Origin: Bdellovibrionia bacterium | GTDB lineage: Bacteria > Bdellovibrionota > UBA1018 | DNA length: 24,474 bases | Reading direction: 5' to 3' | NCBI GenBank assembly: GCA_049424145.1 | Contig: JBMSSC010000031.1 | Location: forward strand, 1 to 24,474 | Part shown: positions 1 through 8,544 of the stretch, piece after piece | How the letters are laid out: every line of letters starts with the position of its first letter | Position numbering within the stretch: position 1 is the first letter of the stretch | Notes under the pieces: model-generated | Seen by the model: the letters and a program-made list of their open reading frames with translations, nothing else | What the model was told of the DNA's origin: nothing | The model's database searches: none | Translations under genes and position numbers: made by a program

Positions 1-473
1 GGGTCGTGGTGGTGGGGGGAGGCGGGAAATCGGGTGTTCTTTGCCTCTATGAGGCGAAGAAAAAACCGGGAGTCAAAACCATTGCGCTGGATTACCAACC
101 AGAGGCCATGGCGCGCTTAGGGAAGCTCTCCTTTGTGGATCATGCCATTCAGGTGGATGCCCGAAACGCTGTGGAGGTGATGGAAAAAGTCCGTCGTCTC
201 ACCGAGGGCAAAATGGCAGACGTGGTGATCAACGTGGCGAACGTGCCAGAGACGGAGATGAGCTGCGTTTTGGCGTGTAAGGCTGGGGGATTAGTTTACT
301 TCTTTAGTATGGCTACGAGCTTCACCAGGGCCGCTTTAGGGGCTGAGGGTGTAGGCGCCGATGTTCAGTTGCAAATTGGAAATGGATACTGTTTGGGGCA
401 TGCTGAAGTCGCTCTGAATTGCATTCGTGAGAGTGCGGAGTTAAAAGAGTTGTTCTATCAGACCTACGTTTGA
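1..473 (+). CDS. kdd: L-erythro-3,5-diaminohexanoate dehydrogenase, C-terminal part (5' truncated by window edge)
   Basis: VVGGGGKSG nucleotide-binding loop and the Kdd-typical YFFSMATSFTRAALGAEGVGADV..IGNGY segment; directly upstream of kamDE; frame is open to the left edge. Confidence 0.9.
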   Translation, partial: VVVVGGGGKSGVLCLYEAKKKPGVKTIALDYQPEAMARLGKLSFVDHAIQVDARNAVEVMEKVRRLTEGKMADVVINVANVPETEMSCVLACKAGGLVYFFSMATSFTRAALGAEGVGADVQLQIGNGYCLGHAEVALNCIRESAELKELFYQTYV

Positions 474-476
474 AAC

Positions 477-495
477 TGCGGGTTGCAAGCCCGCA
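477..495 (+). other. Short intergenic stem-loop between kdd and kamD
   Basis: TGCGGGT-tgcaa-GCCCGCA, 7-bp stem with one G-U pair and no U-tract; just upstream of the kamD ribosome-binding region. Confidence 0.4.
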
Positions 496-513
496 AGGGA
501 GCTATGAGGTGTT

Positions 514-2082
514 ATGGCCCATCTTTCTTTAGATCGCAGTCAAATTGAGGAATGCCGCACATTGGCCGCTTCCATTGCCAAGCCCGTGGGACAACTCATT
601 GAGAGTCACACCACGGTGGCCATTGAACGAGCCGTCTTAAGATTACTGGGCGTTCAAGGGGCTTTGCAAAGAGCTCAAAACCAGTGGTTTCCAGAGGTCA
701 ATCAGATCATTCAGGATCTTCATCAGCAAAAGGTCTTAGGCAAAGGGGTTCTCCATTGGTTTGTCAACGGACTATTGCAGACCAATCTTTCGGTTCAGGC
801 TCTGGCCACGGCCTGTGCCTCCGGAAAGGTTCAACTCACCTCCTTACCTCAGTCCCCTGAGAAACAAATTCGCGCGGAAGCTCAAGCCCTCTGCCAAAAG
901 GCTCGAGAAAACCTCGTCGCTCAGCGTGAGCTTCGAGATTCTTTGCGGAAAAATCTAAACGACACGTTTGATGCCACGGGAAAAAGTGGGCCACTGATCT
1001 ATGTGATTGTGGCAACGGGGAATATTTTTGAGGATGTCATTCAAGCTCAGGCCGCAGCTCAGGCCGGAGCTCAGGCCATTGCCGTCATCCGGAGCACGGC
1101 TCAATCGCTTTTGGATTTTGTCCCGCACGGGGCAACAACAGAGGGTTTTGGAGGAACCTACGCTACGCAGGAGAACTTCAGAATCATGCGCAAGGCGTTG
1201 GATGAGGAGGGTCAGAAATTAGGTCGTTACATTCGGCTGACGAACTATTGCTCAGGGCTTTGTATGCCTGAAATTGCTGCTTTAGGGGCAATGGAAAGGC
1301 TGGATTTTCTGCTCAATGACGCGATGTACGGAATTTTATTTCGAGACATCAACATGCAAAGAACGCTCATTGATCAGCACTTTTCTCGCAGGATCATTGC
1401 GCTCTCTCGCATTGTGATTCATACGGGAGAAGATAATTACTTAACCACTGCCGATGCGGTAGAGAATGGTCATCAAGTTTTAGCCTCTCAATTCATCAAC
1501 GAGCGGTTTGCATGGGAGGCTCAGATGACCTCAGATCTGATGGGGCTGGGGCATGCGCAGGAGATGGATCCTGAGCACCCCAATGTATTTTTGCTTGAAA
1601 TTGCACGCGCTCAGATGACTCGAGATATTTTCCCTGAGTCACCGATTAAGTTCATGCCTCCCACGCGGCATAAGTGTGGTGATATCTTCTACAGTCACTT
1701 GATGGATGCGATGTTTAACTTGGTGGGGGTGCTCACGGGGCAGTCGATTCAGCTTCTAGGAATGGCAACTGAAGCCATGCACACCCCACTGCTTCAAGAT
1801 CGGTGGATGAGCATTAAGAATGCCAAGTACATCTTTAACGGAGCTAAGGATCTAGGAAAAGACATTGAGTTTAAGGCGGATGGAGTGATTGAGGAGTGGG
1901 CTGCCCGCGTACTGGATGAGACCGTCGCTCACTTAAGAGGGATTGAACAAAAGGGTTTGTTTCAAGCCATTGAGCAAAAAGCTTTTGCAGAGGTCAGTCG
2001 AACTCCACGAGGCGGTAAGGGATACGATGGGGTGATCTTACGCGAGCCCGAGTACCTGAATCCTTTTTTTGAGATCCTCTAA
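514..2082 (+). CDS. kamD: Lysine 5,6-aminomutase alpha subunit (TIM barrel)
   Basis: 522 aa; motifs HTTVAIER, YVIVATGNIFED, AVIRSTAQSLLD, GATTEGFGGTYATQENFR, NYCSGLCMPEIA, ILFRDINMQRT, KFMPPT. Confidence 0.95.
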   Translation: MAHLSLDRSQIEECRTLAASIAKPVGQLIESHTTVAIERAVLRLLGVQGALQRAQNQWFPEVNQIIQDLHQQKVLGKGVLHWFVNGLLQTNLSVQALATACASGKVQLTSLPQSPEKQIRAEAQALCQKARENLVAQRELRDSLRKNLNDTFDATGKSGPLIYVIVATGNIFEDVIQAQAAAQAGAQAIAVIRSTAQSLLDFVPHGATTEGFGGTYATQENFRIMRKALDEEGQKLGRYIRLTNYCSGLCMPEIAALGAMERLDFLLNDAMYGILFRDINMQRTLIDQHFSRRIIALSRIVIHTGEDNYLTTADAVENGHQVLASQFINERFAWEAQMTSDLMGLGHAQEMDPEHPNVFLLEIARAQMTRDIFPESPIKFMPPTRHKCGDIFYSHLMDAMFNLVGVLTGQSIQLLGMATEAMHTPLLQDRWMSIKNAKYIFNGAKDLGKDIEFKADGVIEEWAARVLDETVAHLRGIEQKGLFQAIEQKAFAEVSRTPRGGKGYDGVILREPEYLNPFFEIL

Positions 2083-2126
2083 TTGGGTTTGGTATTTTGT
2101 GAAACTGGATCAGATCGAGGTGTTGG

Positions 2127-2975
2127 ATGTCAAAAGTCGCTGAGGTGAACTTAAAAAAACTGAGGCCTTACGGCGATATCATGGATGATGGGACCGTGCA
2201 GTTGGCGTTTACTCTACCCGTGGAAGTCTCCCCTGAGGCCCGTGAGGCGGCCGTACAGTTGACTCAAAAGATGGGCTTTGAGCAAATTAAAGTGGCCACC
2301 ATGGAGAAGGCGTCTCATGGGTTTTCGTTCTTTGTGATCTATGCTCGGCTCAAGCACACGGTGGACTTCACTCAGATTCGGGTTTTAAAGGTGGAGGCTC
2401 CCAAACGCTCGCGTGAGGAAATTGATGAGATCATCCGCACGCAGATTGGAAGAAAGCTGGTCATCCTAGGGGCCTGCACCGGGTATGATGCTCATACGGT
2501 GGGAATCGACGCCATCATGAACATGAAGGGGTTTTCAGGGGATTATGGTTTGGAGCGCTATCAGTGGCTGGATGCTCGAAACTTGGGTGCTCAAGTGCAG
2601 AACGAGGACTTACTCAAGCTTGCTGTTCAAGAGAATGCCGATGCCATCTTAGTTTCCAAAGTGGTGAGTCAGCATAATATTCATATCCGAGATTTAAAAG
2701 AGCTGATTCAACGAGCGGAGAAGATGGGATTGAAAGATAAGTTGATTTTTGTAGCAGGAGGACCACGAGTAACGCATCCCATGGCCTTGGAGTGCGGTTT
2801 TGATGCGGGCTTTAGTGTGGGAACAAAACCCTCCGATGTGGCCAGTTACGTGGTTGAGGAGTTTATTAGGCGTAGGGAGGCCAAAAGTGAGAAATCGAAA
2901 ACCAGTTCGGGATCTCAGGCCAAAGCGCCACTGCTTGCAGAGCAGTCCAAAGAAAAAGGTCAGGGGAAAAAATAA
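2127..2975 (+). CDS. kamE: Lysine 5,6-aminomutase beta subunit (AdoCbl/PLP-binding)
   Basis: PYGD..DDG.VQL.FTLP N-terminus, DxHxxG cobalamin motif (YDAHTVG), PLP lysine in AIMNMKG, GFDAGF; GAGGTG SD upstream; extra Lys/Ser-rich C-terminal tail. Confidence 0.95.
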   Translation: MSKVAEVNLKKLRPYGDIMDDGTVQLAFTLPVEVSPEAREAAVQLTQKMGFEQIKVATMEKASHGFSFFVIYARLKHTVDFTQIRVLKVEAPKRSREEIDEIIRTQIGRKLVILGACTGYDAHTVGIDAIMNMKGFSGDYGLERYQWLDARNLGAQVQNEDLLKLAVQENADAILVSKVVSQHNIHIRDLKELIQRAEKMGLKDKLIFVAGGPRVTHPMALECGFDAGFSVGTKPSDVASYVVEEFIRRREAKSEKSKTSSGSQAKAPLLAEQSKEKGQGKK

Positions 2976-3946
2976 TGGAAAACAAGAGCCGAGCGTTAAC
3001 AGGGCGATCTGAGGAGCGAGTCCGCGTGGAGGCCTGTCTTCGGGCCCAGAGGAATGTGCTGATTGAGGGTCCGGTGGGCGTGGGAAAAACTCACTTGGCT
3101 TTAACCGTAGCCAAAGCGATGAAGCGCCCGGTGTTTCGAGTGGATGGGGATAGTCGATACTCGGAGCAAAAGCTCGTAGGTTGGTTTGATCCTCCCACGG
3201 TGATTAAAAAGGGGTTTACGGCTGAGGCGTTTATGCCGGGTCCGTTGGTCGAAGCGATGCAAAAAGGGGGCGTCCTGTTTATTAATGAGCTCAATCGCTT
3301 ACCTGAGGGAGTGCAAAATGTTCTTCTTCCGGCCATTGATGAGCGGATGATTTTGGTGCCCCGGTTGGGAGAAATTCAAGCCGTGGGCGGCTTTCTCGTG
3401 ATTGCCACGCAGAACCCGAAGGAGTTTGTGGCCACCTCCCATCTCAGTGAAGCGATCTTGGATCGCTTTGAGCTCGTGATGTTAGATTATCAGACGGAGC
3501 AGGAAGAAGTGAAAATCGTGGAGGATCGACTCTGTTTGCCTCGCTCACTCAAGCCAGAGCAAAGCCTTCTGGCCTTGGCTTCCGTCAGGCTCGTGCGATT
3601 GACTCGCTCTCATCCCCAAGTGAAACGAGGGGCTTCACTTCGTGCTGCGCTCAGTTTAGCTGAAATTGCTGGGGTCTTAATTGCAGAGGCCTTGGCTCAA
3701 GAGTCCGTCCCTCCTCAGGAGCAGTGGAAGCATTGGAAGGCAGCCTTTTTCACGGCGGCTCAAATGGCTCTGCCCACTCGCATTGAGATTGAGCGAGACA
3801 TGGACGCGGGGGATTCGTATCAGGCGCAGATGGAGAGCCTGATTGAGGCTTGGGTGAATGAAACTCTCGAGGGTTTAGGTCCATCCGGGGAGTCTTCGCT
3901 TGAGGAGGAAGAGGAGTCTCAGTCAGGCGTAAAAAAAAAGACTTAA
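2975..3946 (+). CDS. MoxR-like AAA+ ATPase
   Basis: Walker A GPVGVGKT, Walker B-like LFINELNR, ATQNP sensor, LSEAILDRF arginine finger; TAATG stop/start overlap with kamE; ends in an acidic linker (EEEEESQSG). Confidence 0.9.
   Translation: MENKSRALTGRSEERVRVEACLRAQRNVLIEGPVGVGKTHLALTVAKAMKRPVFRVDGDSRYSEQKLVGWFDPPTVIKKGFTAEAFMPGPLVEAMQKGGVLFINELNRLPEGVQNVLLPAIDERMILVPRLGEIQAVGGFLVIATQNPKEFVATSHLSEAILDRFELVMLDYQTEQEEVKIVEDRLCLPRSLKPEQSLLALASVRLVRLTRSHPQVKRGASLRAALSLAEIAGVLIAEALAQESVPPQEQWKHWKAAFFTAAQMALPTRIEIERDMDAGDSYQAQMESLIEAWVNETLEGLGPSGESSLEEEEESQSGVKKKT
3931..3940 (+). other. Candidate -1 frameshift / slippage site (A9G; A_AAA_AAG in the AAA+ reading frame)
   Basis: GTA AAA AAA AAG ACT TAA closes the AAA+ frame; the -1 frame has no stop from 3904 to 5001 and is the vWA frame. 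Confidence 0.65.
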
Positions 3947-4011
3947 TTCAAAACGAAGCTCGGCGTCAATCGGAGCGTAGGGAGCTTTATCAAAGTCTGT
4001 TTCAATCGCCT

Positions 4012-5004
4012 TTGGGTCAGAGTCAGTCGTGGTTTTCTCCTCCGGAGCTTCTTCAGTCCCTTTTTGCCCCGAGCGCTCCTCCAGACTCCTTCAATTCCGA
4101 GGCGAGTTTATCCGATGTTTTAGCCCAGGTTTCTCAGGCCAGTCCTTGGGACGTTGCGATTCGCTACCATGAGATTAAATCTCAGCTCCAATCCAAGCGC
4201 CTCACCCAAACGCTCCGCTCGTTATCGGCACAGGCCATCTTAGAGCGAGCGCGAAAGCTGCTGGGTTCACTCGTTCATCCAGAGGTGCAGCACTTTGCCC
4301 CCTTAGATGAGATTCCAGTCGAAGCAACGCAGGTGGACTTGGATCTAGAGGAGACCTTGGAGCACGCTCCGTTTGCCTTCAGCGAGCAGCGGGGTTTACC
4401 ACCGGGAGTCCAGTCCACGGTGACCGCCCAGGATCTATGGATGAGTTATCGATTGGTGCGTCGACAATCCGTGGTGCTCAGTGTGGATACCAGTCTTTCC
4501 ATGACTGGAGAGAAACTGGCGCTAACAGCCGTGGCTCTTGCCGTGGTTTTGCTGCAGTTTCCCGAGGATTTCATTGGCATTGTGGCTTTTGAAAATGAAG
4601 CCTGGGTTTTAAAAAAGCCCGAGGAGAAAATCTCCATTGCGCAGTTGGTGGAACGATTCCTCGATGTTCCTGCTCAGGGCTACACGCATTTGGAGGAGGG
4701 GTTAGTGGCCGCCTTAAAGCAGGTCAGGGCGATTGGCTCACGCTTAGGAGGAAGGCCCTGCTCGACCCTCCTTTTAACCGATGGCAAGTACACGGCGGGA
4801 CGGGATCCGGCCTACTTGGGTTGTCAGTTTCCCCATCTCGTGGTGATGAAGATGGGGAAGGAGCAGGCTGGCTTAGGTTTGTGTCGTCAGCTTGCGCAAG
4901 AGGGCTCCGGTGTGCTTCGCGAGGTTCGTGAATTGGAGTCGCTCCCTGCGCTCATGTATGGCGTGGTGAAGGATCTATTGCGAGGCAGGTCTGTCCTATG
5001 TTAG
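4012..5004 (+). CDS. vWA domain protein (MoxR partner); frame is open from 3904, so it may be translated as a fusion with the AAA+ gene
   Basis: Intact MIDAS motif: DTSLS, GYTH, LTDG; DLEETL segment typical of pre-vWA linkers; the TTG at 4012 has no SD at normal spacing. Confidence 0.85.
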   Translation: MGQSQSWFSPPELLQSLFAPSAPPDSFNSEASLSDVLAQVSQASPWDVAIRYHEIKSQLQSKRLTQTLRSLSAQAILERARKLLGSLVHPEVQHFAPLDEIPVEATQVDLDLEETLEHAPFAFSEQRGLPPGVQSTVTAQDLWMSYRLVRRQSVVLSVDTSLSMTGEKLALTAVALAVVLLQFPEDFIGIVAFENEAWVLKKPEEKISIAQLVERFLDVPAQGYTHLEEGLVAALKQVRAIGSRLGGRPCSTLLLTDGKYTAGRDPAYLGCQFPHLVVMKMGKEQAGLGLCRQLAQEGSGVLREVRELESLPALMYGVVKDLLRGRSVLC

Positions 5005-5087
5005 GGTTTTCGGATCGGTCAAAATTTAAAATCAAGTCAAAAAAAGCTGAAAACGTTCTGGACCTTTTGGAAGTTTTTTAAAATGGG

Positions 5088-5411
5088 ATGAAAAAAAGAG
5101 AATCCAAGTTTTCAAAGGGTGAAAGAAAGCCTAAAAACCAGGAGTTCAAATCCAGCTCATGGGCTCTGAATTCAGGACTAAAAGAAGAGCTGGCAGAGGA
5201 TCGGAGGAAACCAAGTATGTTAGATGATTACAAACTCAAGGGCCGGACGCGTCGGATTGAAATTGATTTAGAGGAAGAGGTTGCCGAAAACCTTTTGAAG
5301 ATGGAAAAGCATAAAAAACTCTCCAAGTCGGAGATTGCTAATACGGCGCTCAAGCGCTTTATTGTCTCGCACAAAGATTTTCTGCCCGCTTCTGATCAAA
5401 AATCATCCTAA
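5088..5411 (+). CDS. Small protein with a predicted C-terminal ribbon-helix-helix (CopG/Arc-like) DNA-binding fold
   Basis: RRIEIDL (alternating strand), EEEVAENLLKME (helix), LSKSEIANTALKRFI (helix with SxSE.. N-cap) matches the RHH pattern; basic N-terminal extension. Confidence 0.65.
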   Translation: MKKRESKFSKGERKPKNQEFKSSSWALNSGLKEELAEDRRKPSMLDDYKLKGRTRRIEIDLEEEVAENLLKMEKHKKLSKSEIANTALKRFIVSHKDFLPASDQKSS

Positions 5412-5427
5412 GCTTGCGGGTGAGAAT

Positions 5428-5470
5428 AAAAAAAAGGACTTCAGTGATCCAACTGAAGTCCTTTTTTTTT
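5428..5470. terminator. Bidirectional intrinsic terminator
   Basis: A8-GGACTTCAGT-gatcca-ACTGAAGTCC-T9, a perfect 10-bp stem between convergent genes. Confidence 0.92.
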
Positions 5471-5495
5471 ATCCATTTACCTTATTATTTTTGAT

Positions 5496-7475
5496 TTAAT
5501 GCGAGGTGGATTGATCCACTAGCTCAGCAATGTCCATCACTTTGACTTTGGATTGCATTTCCTTGGCCTTCACGCCATCCGTAAGCATGGTCATACAGAA
5601 GGGGCAGCTTGAGGCGATGATCCCCGCGTTGGTGCTTAAGGCTTGCTCCGTGCGAGTGATGTTGATTCGCTTACCAATCTTCTCTTCCATCCACATTCGT
5701 CCTCCGCCTGCACCGCAGCACATGCTTTGATCGTGGTTGGCTTTCATTTCCACCAAGTTAATGGCAGGCAGAGCTTGAAGCGTGCTTCGGGGCTCTTCAT
5801 AGACCTCGTTCCAGCGCCCTAGGTAGCAGCTGTCGTGGAAAGTAACGGTCTCATCCAGGGTTTTCGAAGGCTTAATTTTCCCCTGGGAAATGAGTTGGGC
5901 AATGAACTGGGAGTGGTGATGCACTTCGTAGTTTCCACCAAAATCCTTGTACTCGTTTTTAATAGTATTAAAGCAGTGAGGGCAGGCCGTGACGATGGTC
6001 TTGACCTGATAGCGATTGAGAGTCTCAATGTTGGCACGAGCCAGGGTTTGATACAGGTACTCATTGCCAATGCGTCGAGCGGGATCGCCGGTGCATTGCT
6101 CCTCCGTCCCTAGGATGGCAAACTTAACTCCCGCTTTTTTCAGGAGGCTTGCAAACGCACGGAGCACTTTTTTGTTTCGATCATCGTAGGCTCCGGCGCA
6201 TCCCACCCAGAGCAAGACATCCACATCGGAGCTCTCAGCCATGGTCTTAATGGAGAGGCCCTCAGCCCAGTTGGCACGGTCGGAGGGACTGAAAGCCCAC
6301 GGCGTGGCATTGACTTCCATGTTCTTAAAGACCCCTTGAACTTCGGCTGGAAATTTTGATTCCATCATGACTAAGTTGCGTCGGATGTCGTAGATCTTAT
6401 CCGTGTGCTCGATGAATACCGGGCATGCAATCTCACAGGCTCGGCAGGAGGTGCAGGCCCAGATAACGTCCTCCGTAATGTTTTCATCCAAGATGGGGCT
6501 TACGTCATCATAGTTTTTGTTTAAAATCCGCTCTTGGTTGCGGTACATGTTGTTTTTTAAATCCAAGATCAGCATCTTGGGGCTGAGCGGTTTTTCAGTG
6601 TTGTAGGCCGGGCACAGGTCTTGGCATCGCCCACACTCGGTGCAAGAGTAGTAATCTAAGGGGGCCTTCCAGCTGAAGTCCGTGACTTTTGCCGCTCCGT
6701 ATTGAGTGACGCTTTCATCTTCAAAGGCAATGGGGGTCATGGCCTTTTCCCGCGGTAAGTGCTTCAGAAAGGTATTGGGGCCTGCGGCGACGATGTGCAG
6801 GTGCTTGGAGCTGGGGATGTAGACGGAAAAGCCCAGCACGATGAGCATGTGAATCCACTTAAAGAACTGACTGAGATTCTCATAGCTTGAGGCTTCAAAG
6901 TTTAGCCCCTTGAACGCGCCTGAGACGGCTTTGGAAATGGGAAGTGAAGGGGTATACCAGGGCTGCGCTCCGAGAATATGAAAGGCATTCATCAGGAGAA
7001 TGGAAATCATTAATGCGCCTGTGAGGGTTAAAACGATGAGCGCGTCCTTAGATTTTCCCAATCCTGGGGGACGCACAATGAGCCTTCGGTAAAACGCGTA
7101 GGAAACCGCCAGGAGAACCAAGGCAGTCAGGAGGTCTTGCGTAAAGAGTAAACCGGAGTAGGCCGTTTCCCCAATGAACTCAAAATTGGCCGGTGCATAG
7201 AGTGTGGTGGCAAACTGTTCGAGAGTGCCAATGCTGATGATCAGAAAGCCCCAAAAAATCGTGGCATGCATGATGCCAGCTGATTTTTTTCTTAAAACTG
7301 CCTTTTGTCCCAGAACATTGGCTAAAGTGGTGAGAATCCGCTCTGAGATTTGTCCCACCGCGGGAGCTTTTCCCTGATGGTTTTTCATCATCTGATAGAG
7401 ACGATGAAATCGGTAGCCGGAATACCCAAAAGCACTTCCTGCAACGATGAGAAAAGCAAAGGTCTGCCAAGTCAT
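5496..7475 (-). CDS. fadF: Membrane-bound Fe-S oxidoreductase, FadF/HdrD-like (probable ETF:quinone oxidoreductase)
   Basis: N-terminal multi-TM domain with His residues, two 4Fe-4S motifs (CTECGRCQDLCP, CTSCRACEIACP), two CCG domains (CTG..CPHC; CCGAGGG..CPFC); downstream of etfBA. Confidence 0.85.
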   Translation of the reverse strand: MTWQTFAFLIVAGSAFGYSGYRFHRLYQMMKNHQGKAPAVGQISERILTTLANVLGQKAVLRKKSAGIMHATIFWGFLIISIGTLEQFATTLYAPANFEFIGETAYSGLLFTQDLLTALVLLAVSYAFYRRLIVRPPGLGKSKDALIVLTLTGALMISILLMNAFHILGAQPWYTPSLPISKAVSGAFKGLNFEASSYENLSQFFKWIHMLIVLGFSVYIPSSKHLHIVAAGPNTFLKHLPREKAMTPIAFEDESVTQYGAAKVTDFSWKAPLDYYSCTECGRCQDLCPAYNTEKPLSPKMLILDLKNNMYRNQERILNKNYDDVSPILDENITEDVIWACTSCRACEIACPVFIEHTDKIYDIRRNLVMMESKFPAEVQGVFKNMEVNATPWAFSPSDRANWAEGLSIKTMAESSDVDVLLWVGCAGAYDDRNKKVLRAFASLLKKAGVKFAILGTEEQCTGDPARRIGNEYLYQTLARANIETLNRYQVKTIVTACPHCFNTIKNEYKDFGGNYEVHHHSQFIAQLISQGKIKPSKTLDETVTFHDSCYLGRWNEVYEEPRSTLQALPAINLVEMKANHDQSMCCGAGGGRMWMEEKIGKRINITRTEQALSTNAGIIASSCPFCMTMLTDGVKAKEMQSKVKVMDIAELVDQSTSH

Positions 7476-7573
7476 AACTCTATCCCCAGGTTCTCACCCT
7501 CTGATGCGAAGCCCCGGGCACACAGCTCCATGGGATCGATCAGAGGGTGGTCGATATTTAAGATCACTCGATC

Positions 7574-8542
7574 TCAGTGATCACGAATCTTTTTGAGCTC
7601 TTCTTTGATCAGGGGAACTAGGGTAAAGAGATCCCCCACCACGCCATAATCCGCAACTTGAAAAATCGGGGCCTCAGCATCCATGTTAATGGCAACGATC
7701 ACCTTTGAGGTTCTCATGCCAGCAAGGTGTTGAATGGCTCCGCTAATTCCACACGCCATGTACAAGGAAGGCGAAACCACTTTCCCAGTCTGCCCCACTT
7801 GGTCGCGATGAGGTCGAAAGCCTTCATCCACTGCGGCGCGAGAAGCCCCTACGGCTGCTCCGATGACATCAGCCATTTCCTCGAGGATTTTAAAGTTCTC
7901 AGCACTCTTGAGGGATCTTCCACCAGAAACCACAATGGAGGCCTCTGTGACATCCGGTCGACCCACAGAGCCTTGGGTCACTTCAATGACCTTCGTTTTG
8001 AGGTTGGCCAGGTTTGCAGACACGGAGCGAACTTCCGCTTTTTTCGAAGGGTCTGCTGCTGGGGTGCTGAAGGTATTGGGTCGAACGGTAGCCATTTGCG
8101 GACCCGAGCCTAAAAACTCCACTTCAGCAGTGGCTTTACCCGCAAAAATGGGGCGCCTCACTTGGATCTTTTGACCTGCAAAAGTGACCTGGGTGCAATC
8201 CGTTGCAATGCCGACACCGAGTCGAGCCGCAAGGCGGGGAAGTAAATCCCTACCTGTTGGGGAGTGACTGGCTAAGATCACATCGGGGGATTCGGCACGG
8301 AGGATCGGGAGTGCCGCAAGAGTGTAAGCCTCCGCACTATAAAGCTTAAGGCTTGCGTGTTGAACCAGGTGAACACTCTTGGCTCCGTAATGACCCAGCT
8401 CTGCAGCTAGTCCTTCCACGCCTTCTCCCATGAGAATGGCATGGGTTTCGTTTCCAGCTTGAGCTGAGGCCGCAATGAGCTCAAACGTGGATTTTTTTAA
8501 ACGACCCTCTCGATGTTCTGCGATGATGAATACTTTTGCCAT
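7574..8542 (-). CDS. etfA: Electron transfer flavoprotein alpha subunit
   Basis: VVSGGR, GASRAAVD, QVGQTGKVVSP, GISGAIQHLAGM FAD-binding motifs. Confidence 0.95.
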   Translation of the reverse strand: MAKVFIIAEHREGRLKKSTFELIAASAQAGNETHAILMGEGVEGLAAELGHYGAKSVHLVQHASLKLYSAEAYTLAALPILRAESPDVILASHSPTGRDLLPRLAARLGVGIATDCTQVTFAGQKIQVRRPIFAGKATAEVEFLGSGPQMATVRPNTFSTPAADPSKKAEVRSVSANLANLKTKVIEVTQGSVGRPDVTEASIVVSGGRSLKSAENFKILEEMADVIGAAVGASRAAVDEGFRPHRDQVGQTGKVVSPSLYMACGISGAIQHLAGMRTSKVIVAINMDAEAPIFQVADYGVVGDLFTLVPLIKEELKKIRDH

Positions 8543-8544
8543 GA

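Noticed and set aside
6660..6662. Pro in the FadF-like WKAPLD segment where Leu is usual
   Set aside because: Not a catalytic or ligand residue, and I cannot establish its conservation without an alignment.
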